DNA of 64,000 nt from Bacteroidales bacterium (GTDB lineage: Bacteria; Bacteroidota; Bacteroidia; Bacteroidales; UBA7960): assembly GCA_035477775.1 (NCBI GenBank), contig DATIKH010000026.1:5029-69028 (forward strand), written 5' to 3'. The translations under genes were made by a program, and so were the position numbers. Positions within the stretch are counted from its first letter, which is position 1. Each line of letters begins with the position of its first letter. Positions 47,982-54,114 of this stretch are shown one piece after another. The notes below the pieces were generated by a model that did no database searches, was not told where the DNA came from, and saw only the letters and a program-made list of their open reading frames with translations.

Positions 47982-48737
47982 ATGAAAATTATAATCATAC
48001 TTCTTATAACATCTTTGTTTGCCATCCAACAAATTCATGGGCAGACTTCGTCGCAGTTGCAGAATTTTCGCAACCAGATTTACGAAGCATACGTGTTAAA
48101 CAATATGCCCCGGTGGGCTCAAACAGTTTCGGCCATGGAGGCAGCTTACCGTTCCAATCCACACGAAGAGCTTTTGTATGACCTGCTTCTGGCTCAGTAT
48201 GGCTTAATTGGCTACTATCTTGGCAATAACAGAGAAAGAGAAGGGGAAGCCCTTTTGGACAATGCTCAAACCCTGCTGAGACGGCTTGAAACCTTACCGG
48301 CTTTTCAGGCCCAGGCCCACGCATTCGATGCAGCGTTTCTGGCATTTCGCATTTCTTTGCAACCATTGAGGGCGATGGTATTAGGCCCCCGGTCATCGCA
48401 GGCTGCCTCCAGATCGACCGAGGCCAACAGCCGATATGCACGCGCCTGGGTTGAGAGAGGCAACATTATGTTTTTCGCACCTTCACCTTTTGGCTCAAAA
48501 GAAAGGGCTATCAACTATTATCAAAGGGCAGTGAGAACGATGGAGGAAAACATGCACCCTTCGCACCGATGGCTATACCTGAGCACTCTGGTTTCGCTGG
48601 CTAATTCTTTCGAAAAAACCGGAGACATACAAATGGCGCTCCAAACCGTTGAAAAAGCCCTGCGGTTCGAACCCCGCTTCAAATGGGCTAAGGAAGAACT
48701 ATTGCCAAAGTTGCAGGCAATCCAAAGCAGCAACTAA
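47982..48737 (+). CDS. Hypothetical secreted helical-repeat (TPR-like) protein
   Basis: Signal peptide MKIIIILLITSLFAIQQIHG and a helical repeat-like composition. I recognise no family. Confidence 0.5.
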   Translation: MKIIIILLITSLFAIQQIHGQTSSQLQNFRNQIYEAYVLNNMPRWAQTVSAMEAAYRSNPHEELLYDLLLAQYGLIGYYLGNNREREGEALLDNAQTLLRRLETLPAFQAQAHAFDAAFLAFRISLQPLRAMVLGPRSSQAASRSTEANSRYARAWVERGNIMFFAPSPFGSKERAINYYQRAVRTMEENMHPSHRWLYLSTLVSLANSFEKTGDIQMALQTVEKALRFEPRFKWAKEELLPKLQAIQSSN

Positions 48738-48833
48738 AACCCTTTCATATTCGGGGATTTTTTTGTAACTTTCAATCCCGAAAGATGATTTTCGTCGGCT
48801 TGATTAAAACTAAAGACATAGCCTCTCCTATGG

Positions 48834-49784
48834 TTGAAGGTTCATGTCGGTGTTCTTACCGGGAATAACCATTTAAATCATCCGCCAGTGAAAAAAGCCA
48901 TTTTAGCTATTGACCTTTCCCGGGCAACAGATCTGCTCGTAGATTGCGCCCCTCAATTTGGGGCAATGGGCATTGAGCATATTACCCTGTTTCACAGCCC
49001 GGTGGTGAGTTTCAACTACATGGAATACAGCGGCTACTCCATGATGGTGCATATTGAGGCCCGCATGATCAACCTGAGAAACAAGTTCATTGAAATGGGT
49101 TTCGGGTCAGATTTTGCGATAAAGGAGGGTCTTCCCTCGCAGGAGATCGTTGATTACGCTTCACGGTACCCCAAGGCGCTCCTGATACTTGGAAGTAAAG
49201 GGTTCGGGTTTGCCCGCCGAAACCTGATTGGAAGCACCACGCTTCGCGTTATTCAGCAAACCAAGAATCCGGTACTGATGATCCGGATAAAGAATGCTGG
49301 CAAGAATGCAGCAGGCGAAGACGAATGTGCACTCGAAAACAAAAACCTGGTGAATCAGGCACTGTTTGTTACAGATTTCTCTCCAAACTCGGAATGGGCC
49401 TTAAAGGTAATCCTCGAAAACATTGCCGGGAAATTTCATCACCTTGGAGTAATGCATGTTCAGGATGTTGTCTCCCTAAGGCACCACCAGCAGGAAACAA
49501 TGGAGCGGTTCAATCACATAGACTCCGAACGGCTTGACCAGATTGCAGCATCCCTTGAAAAAACCTCAAAACTGCCTGTGAATAAAGTGCTGACAACGGG
49601 TATGGTGGTGCCGGAAATCCTGCGCGAGGCCAAAATCAACCAGGTTTCCATGCTTATCTTGGGAACTCATGGACGCGGTTTTTTCTCAAGTATGGTACTC
49701 GGCAGTACCACCTCTCAGCTCATCCAACTCGTAGAATCGAACTGCCTTCTGGTACCTATGCCCGACGATGTAAAAAAGGAGTAA
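48834..49784 (+). CDS. Tandem-domain universal stress protein
   Basis: Two Usp domains, each ending in G..G..(9)..GS[T]T (LGSKGFGFARRNLIGSTT and LGTHGRGFFSSMVLGSTT). The start is uncertain. GTG at 48888 (VKKAILAIDLS) gives the canonical N-terminus. Confidence 0.8.
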   Translation: MKVHVGVLTGNNHLNHPPVKKAILAIDLSRATDLLVDCAPQFGAMGIEHITLFHSPVVSFNYMEYSGYSMMVHIEARMINLRNKFIEMGFGSDFAIKEGLPSQEIVDYASRYPKALLILGSKGFGFARRNLIGSTTLRVIQQTKNPVLMIRIKNAGKNAAGEDECALENKNLVNQALFVTDFSPNSEWALKVILENIAGKFHHLGVMHVQDVVSLRHHQQETMERFNHIDSERLDQIAASLEKTSKLPVNKVLTTGMVVPEILREAKINQVSMLILGTHGRGFFSSMVLGSTTSQLIQLVESNCLLVPMPDDVKKE

Positions 49785-50063
49785 GCCCGAATTGAAAGGT
49801 AAAAATCTCGGGATTCACATGACCATAACTTTTAATAGGTGAAAATTTTCAACAGGTGATGCTTTGTTCTTAAAAACACTACTCACCGATTTTGCTTTCT
49901 GAGCGGCAATACAAGGTTATGTTGATATTCTCTGCAAGTAAGTGGCTGCCTTGCACCGCTGCAGCAAGCCTTTTAAGTTGCGGGCAGAGAAAGAAAGGTT
50001 TTGAAACATTTATTATCAAAACATTACCACCTGTTTTGTAAATTTGTAAAAAGCAGTCAAGCC

Positions 50064-50266
50064 ATGGAAAATACCACTATTTTTCAAAGATTCGCTTTTA
50101 ACCTCCTGAATTAAAGGAAGAGGTATATGATTTTATTGACTTTTTGCTTGCCCGACGCAAAAAGGGGGAAAAGAAAAAACAACGAAAGTTTGGAGCTGCT
50201 GAAGGCAAAATTCAAACTTCGCCGGATTTTGACGCTCCTTTTGATGATTTAAAAAAATATATGTAA
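50064..50266 (+). pseudogene. Frameshifted DUF2281-like antitoxin remnant
   Basis: The ATG frame stops at 50112..50114 after 16 codons. The rest of the protein (PPELKEEVYDFIDFLLARRKKGEKKKQRKFGAAEGKIQTSPDFDAPFDDLKKYM) continues in another frame, which is closed by TAA at 50099..50101 and has no start of its own. Confidence 0.6.
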
Positions 50267-50375
50267 TGGACTTGCTCTTTGACACCCGTGCGCTGATTTG
50301 GTTCATAACGACAACCTAACCATAGAAACAGCCGACGAAAACATAAAAAAGTATAAAATTAAAACCCTTTGGTGA
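50266..50375 (+). pseudogene. PIN-domain (VapC-like) toxin remnant with an internal deletion
   Basis: TAATG overlap with the antitoxin stop. An N-terminal 17 codons (MDLLFDTRALIWFITTT) then a stop, followed in a different frame by a C-terminal-like piece LTIETADENIKKYKIKTLW. Confidence 0.55.
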
Positions 50376-50516
50376 TAAGGGCCTTCGCAACCACCCCCTC
50401 AAACCCACCCAAAACAGCATGATTTTAGAGGTAAAAAATGTTAGGTATTGCATTTGTCGTTTTTTTTTTTTCTTTGAGGGTTAAAATGAATGTTTAACCT
50501 TAAAAAAAGAAATGAC

Positions 50517-50759
50517 ATGAAAATGAAAGTTTTGAGTTTTGCACTTGCGTTGGCAATGACAACACTAAGTTTAAATCTGGGGGCAGGAAGCCGTCAGTGG
50601 TCTATTTGCACACAGGAAACTATAAACTGCTTCAATGAAAACTTAGAGCCAGTAGGAGGCGCTATGGTTATGGCATGTGGTGATACCTGGCAGGAATGGC
50701 GAGCAATGATGAATGACTATGCTGAAATATTTTGTGGACATAGTGCTTGGGGTTTTTAA
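50517..50759 (+). CDS. Small secreted 4-Cys peptide, paralog 1
   Basis: MKMKVLSFALALAMTTLSLNLGAG signal. The mature part is SRQWSICTQETINCFNENLEPVGGAMVMACGDTWQEWRAMMNDYAEIFCGHSAWGF. It shares its Cys framework with 51823..52029. Confidence 0.6.
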   Translation: MKMKVLSFALALAMTTLSLNLGAGSRQWSICTQETINCFNENLEPVGGAMVMACGDTWQEWRAMMNDYAEIFCGHSAWGF

Positions 50760-50772
50760 TTAAATAGCCAAC

Positions 50773-50843
50773 AAAGAGGCAGGTGGATAAAAACAGAAAC
50801 TCATATACGGTTTACAAGCTTACCCGTCTGCCTCTGTTTTTTT
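50773..50843 (+). terminator. Long-loop hairpin plus T-tract between peptide 1 and GLPGLI 1
   Basis: agaggcag (50775..50782) pairs with ctgcctct (50828..50835). The loop is about 45 nt and is followed by ttttttt. Confidence 0.45.
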
Positions 50844-50861
50844 ACCAATAAAACACCAATT

Positions 50862-51680
50862 ATGAAATACAATTTTTTCTGGCTTTTCATTTTCTTGCCT
50901 TCTTTCGTTTTCTCACAGGGATTTTTTGATCCCATTCCGGCCAAAACCCTCGACACGGTAAAATTAACTGTAACATATTCATTCCTTTTTACCCCGGATT
51001 CTCTTAACCCTGAATACAAAAATGAAGTTGATGTTGTGTTATTCATCGGCTCAAGTATTTCCCTTTACCAGTGTTTAAATTCATTTATCGGGACAAAATT
51101 GTTGGCCGGGAGCAGGAATATGGATGAGTTGAGACAAAGGGCCAGGAAGGCTCCAACTTCAACGTTTTCAACTAAGATATTTAAAAACTACCCTCCGGGC
51201 ATGATTACAACAACCGACAGAATAATGCCGGATAATTTCATTTTCCGGGAAGATTTAAACCAATTTAAGTGGAAAATTTCAAGCCAAACAACCAAAATTG
51301 CAAACTACACCGCTCAAAAAGCCACTGTTGAATTCGGTGGAAGGTCATGGGTTGCGTGGTTTACCACTGAAATACCAATAAGCGATGGGCCACATAAATT
51401 CAACGGACTACCCGGATTAATACTGAGGTTGTATGACACCCGGAACCATTTTGTTTTTGATATTGTTTCCATTAAAGAGCCTGAAGAGCCCCAACTCATA
51501 GAGTTGCAAAATTTAAGGTATATCGAAACCACAAAGGCTAACTTCCGAAGGGCAAGGGAGGCTTTTCGCCAAAGCGTTATTAGCGAAACTTTCGAACTCA
51601 TTACTGATCCTGATGCCCGCAGGCTGGCTGCTCAAAACATGAGCCGCAGAAATAACCCTATGGAGCTGAGACTTGATTAA
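50862..51680 (+). CDS. GLPGLI family protein, paralog 1
   Basis: Signal peptide, KATVEFGGRSWVAWFT.EIPISDGPHKFNGLPGLILRLYD, and C-terminal RRNNPMELRLD. Confidence 0.85.
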   Translation: MKYNFFWLFIFLPSFVFSQGFFDPIPAKTLDTVKLTVTYSFLFTPDSLNPEYKNEVDVVLFIGSSISLYQCLNSFIGTKLLAGSRNMDELRQRARKAPTSTFSTKIFKNYPPGMITTTDRIMPDNFIFREDLNQFKWKISSQTTKIANYTAQKATVEFGGRSWVAWFTTEIPISDGPHKFNGLPGLILRLYDTRNHFVFDIVSIKEPEEPQLIELQNLRYIETTKANFRRAREAFRQSVISETFELITDPDARRLAAQNMSRRNNPMELRLD

Positions 51681-51699
51681 TTAAATAATAAATTGCTAC

Positions 51700-51811
51700 T
51701 GGGCTAAAGCCCTTGTATTCAGGGCTATCCATTACCCCCGACCTTAAGGTCGGGGTAACTGAAAACCAAAGAGTTAACGGGCTTTAGCTCTGAAATTGTT
51801 AGTTCTTAGAC
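51700..51811. repeat. Structured MITE-like intergenic repeat, copy B
   Basis: Aligns with 27301..27412. Inner hairpin (c)ccccgacc-ttaa-ggtcgggg (51736..51755). Outer arms gggctaaagccc and gggctttagctc pair with one G-U. Confidence 0.7.
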
Positions 51812-51822
51812 CGAATTTACGG

Positions 51823-52029
51823 ATGAAAAAGAAGATTCTTAGTTTAGCGTTTGCAGCGCTTTTGACAATTGGGCTGGCTACCACCACTGCTAATGCAGAA
51901 GTGCATTGTTTTAGTTTTCTGATTGTATGTGGTGATAAGTCCATGCTTGGCGGTTATATATGTGGACATTTTCAAACTGCCCAGGAAATGGTTGATTTAG
52001 TGTGGGGAATGGGAGAATTATTCTGCTAG
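51823..52029 (+). CDS. Small secreted 4-Cys peptide, paralog 2
   Basis: MKKKILSLAFAALLTIGLATTTANA signal. The mature part is EVHCFSFLIVCGDKSMLGGYICGHFQTAQEMVDLVWGMGELFC. Confidence 0.6.
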   Translation: MKKKILSLAFAALLTIGLATTTANAEVHCFSFLIVCGDKSMLGGYICGHFQTAQEMVDLVWGMGELFC

Positions 52030-52051
52030 AATTATAGATCAAATTGCAACT

Positions 52052-52138
52052 ATAAACGGCTGTTCCGAACTCATTTATTTCGAATGAACCAAATGCTACT
52101 GGTAATAATTAGGTTAAAAGAACAGCCGTTTATTTTTT
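52052..52138 (+). terminator. Long-loop hairpin plus T-tract between peptide 2 and GLPGLI 2
   Basis: Perfect 13-14-bp stem ataaacggctgtt(c) / (g)aacagccgtttat around a ~54-nt loop, followed by tttttt. Confidence 0.5.
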
Positions 52139-52188
52139 AAGCAATTAAATTGTTTTAATGTTTTCAAAAAACAAAAATTAAAACCAGA

Positions 52189-53070
52189 ATGAGCTCAATT
52201 TCGATAGTTAATCCACTCAAAATTAAATTAGCGTGCCTCTCTAAAGCCAAATTCATTCTTTTTGGATTATTGGTACTGGCAGTAAACCCAATAAATGCTC
52301 AGGCATTATTAGAAGTCGAAAATATAGACCAGGCACGAATTGTTGTTGCCTACAACCTGAATTTTAGCGAGGACACAAATGACTTAGACCGTGTAAGACA
52401 CGAAAGAATGATGCTTTTAATTGGCGATGAAATAAGCATGTTTGCGAGCTATAACAAGCTGCACAACGATAATCTGCTAAAGGGGCTTGATGAAAGGGCC
52501 GGAGTCGCTCATGTGTTAGGTGCTGCCACAACGGGAAGAGCGCCTACTCGTTTCGGCGGATTGCACATTCTAAAAAACTTCAGGAATAACCGACTCATAT
52601 ATAACAACAATATGTTCAATGATTGGTATATCTATGAAGAACCACTTAACCAAATAAATTGGGAGCTTACCGATCAAAAAAGTGAGCATTTGGGCAATAC
52701 CGTTCAAAAAGCAACGGCTCGTTTCGGGGGCCGCCTTTGGGAAGCCTGGTTTACATCTGATATTCCGTTTTCTGATGGACCGTATAAATTCAATGGCCTG
52801 CCGGGTCTAATCTTAAAAATTCAGGATTCCGAAAAACATTATGTTTTTTCAGCGGAATCAATATCTGTGCCTGAGAAAGAAAGGGCCATTTATAGAAAGA
52901 AGCGCCAAAACTACCATGTAAGCCGAAGGCAATATTTAGATATAAGGCAAAATAAGGCGAATGTATGGACTCAACGACTTACTGAATGGGGAAATTCTCC
53001 CGAAATGGTCAAACAGCTAGAGCAAAGAATGAAAAGCCGAAACAATCCCATTCAGTTGCGGGCGGAGTAA
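52189..53070 (+). CDS. GLPGLI family protein, paralog 2
   Basis: KATARFGGRLWEAWFTSDIPFSDGPYKFNGLPGLILKIQD, and C-terminal SRNNPIQLRAE. Confidence 0.85.
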   Translation: MSSISIVNPLKIKLACLSKAKFILFGLLVLAVNPINAQALLEVENIDQARIVVAYNLNFSEDTNDLDRVRHERMMLLIGDEISMFASYNKLHNDNLLKGLDERAGVAHVLGAATTGRAPTRFGGLHILKNFRNNRLIYNNNMFNDWYIYEEPLNQINWELTDQKSEHLGNTVQKATARFGGRLWEAWFTSDIPFSDGPYKFNGLPGLILKIQDSEKHYVFSAESISVPEKERAIYRKKRQNYHVSRRQYLDIRQNKANVWTQRLTEWGNSPEMVKQLEQRMKSRNNPIQLRAE

Positions 53071-53083
53071 ACCCAAGGATTTT

Positions 53084-53218
53084 TTGAGTTTAGCGTTTTC
53101 GATTGCAATGTTCTTTAGTCTTGCAAAGTCTTTTGCCGACTGCCCAGAGTTTACAATGATTTGCGCCGCAGGAAGTGGCGCCATAAGTAAAGACCTTCGT
53201 GCAGGACTGATCTCTTAA
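53084..53218 (+). pseudogene. Truncated third paralog of the small Cys peptide (44 codons, TTG start, below ORF-track cutoff)
   Basis: Hand translation gives (L/M)SLAFSIAMFFSLAKSFADCPEFTMICAAGSGAISKDLRAGLIS. It keeps the signal-like segment and the first C-x6-C pair but lacks Cys3 and Cys4. It occupies the same position (just upstream of a GLPGLI gene) as the two intact copies. Confidence 0.4.
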
Positions 53219-53241
53219 AAGCACACAAAAAAAGTATAAAC

Positions 53242-54060
53242 ATGACACATTTCATTTTTTGGCTTGCCTGCCTGCTGAGTTTGCCCGCTTTTTCGCAATT
53301 GTTTCGCGTACCTCCTGAAAAGGAAATTGAACCGGTAGAGTTAGCTGTAACCTACAGGAAGGTTATGCAGATGGATTCGCTCGATCCGCAAGATTTGAGG
53401 AATGAAAAAATGATGCTTTGGATAGGAAGAAATACCAGTGTGTTTTTCAGCTACTACCGTCATATTGCGGAAGTGAAAAATAAACAACTGTCAAAAGCAG
53501 AAATTATCGCCTGGATGAACTCACATCCAAAACCACAAATAGGTCTTACTTACAGGATCCATAAAAACTACCCTGAAGGAAAAATCACCAAAATTGACGC
53601 TGTTTTAACCGATTTATTCCTTTATCACGAAAATATGCCTTTGTTCACCTGGGAAATTCAGGCCGACACCGGCACCATTTTGGGCTATCCGGTGCAAAAG
53701 GCTACAACCAGATTCAGAGGCAGAAGCTGGGTTGCATGGTTTGCACCCGGTATGCCGATCAGCGACGGGCCGTATAAATTCCACGGCCTGCCGGGACTGA
53801 TCCTGAAAATGTATGACACCAGAAACCATTTTTTGTTCGAGGCCTTGTCCATTGAAAGGCCCTCCGAGCTACAAATGATTGTTTTTATTATGCGGGACTA
53901 TTTCAGAACCACCGTAGAAAACTTTTTTCGCACCAGAAATGCAAGTAAGAGCGATGCCTCTGCAAGAATCAGTCACCTGTTACCCAACGGCCAGGCCCGG
54001 AATATAATGGCAGAAAACATCCGCCGCCGTTTCAACCCAATTGAACTGAGACTTGAGTAA
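53242..54060 (+). CDS. GLPGLI family protein, paralog 3
   Basis: KATTRFRGRSWVAWFAPGMPISDGPYKFHGLPGLILKMYDTRNHF, and C-terminal RRFNPIELRLE. It is closest to paralog 1. Confidence 0.85.
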   Translation: MTHFIFWLACLLSLPAFSQLFRVPPEKEIEPVELAVTYRKVMQMDSLDPQDLRNEKMMLWIGRNTSVFFSYYRHIAEVKNKQLSKAEIIAWMNSHPKPQIGLTYRIHKNYPEGKITKIDAVLTDLFLYHENMPLFTWEIQADTGTILGYPVQKATTRFRGRSWVAWFAPGMPISDGPYKFHGLPGLILKMYDTRNHFLFEALSIERPSELQMIVFIMRDYFRTTVENFFRTRNASKSDASARISHLLPNGQARNIMAENIRRRFNPIELRLE

Positions 54061-54114
54061 TTGAAAAACCCGGCAGAGTAGCACGATTTTTGGTAGAAAA
54101 TTAAAAAAACCTAC

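Noticed and set aside
48662-48677. GCGGTTCGAACCCCGC, which looks like a tRNA T-arm (GGTTCGAA).
   Set aside because: It lies inside a continuous 251-aa ORF. No acceptor, D or anticodon stems can be built from the flanks, and the loop length is wrong for a T-loop.
49841-50010. Minus-strand reading ..RLAAAVQGSHLLAENINITLYCRSESKIGE that resembles a PIN-domain C-terminus (a possible second toxin remnant).
   Set aside because: It is only about 40 codons, with no start and no catalytic Asp context. The similarity is impressionistic, so it is mentioned only as supporting context for the TA-debris finding.
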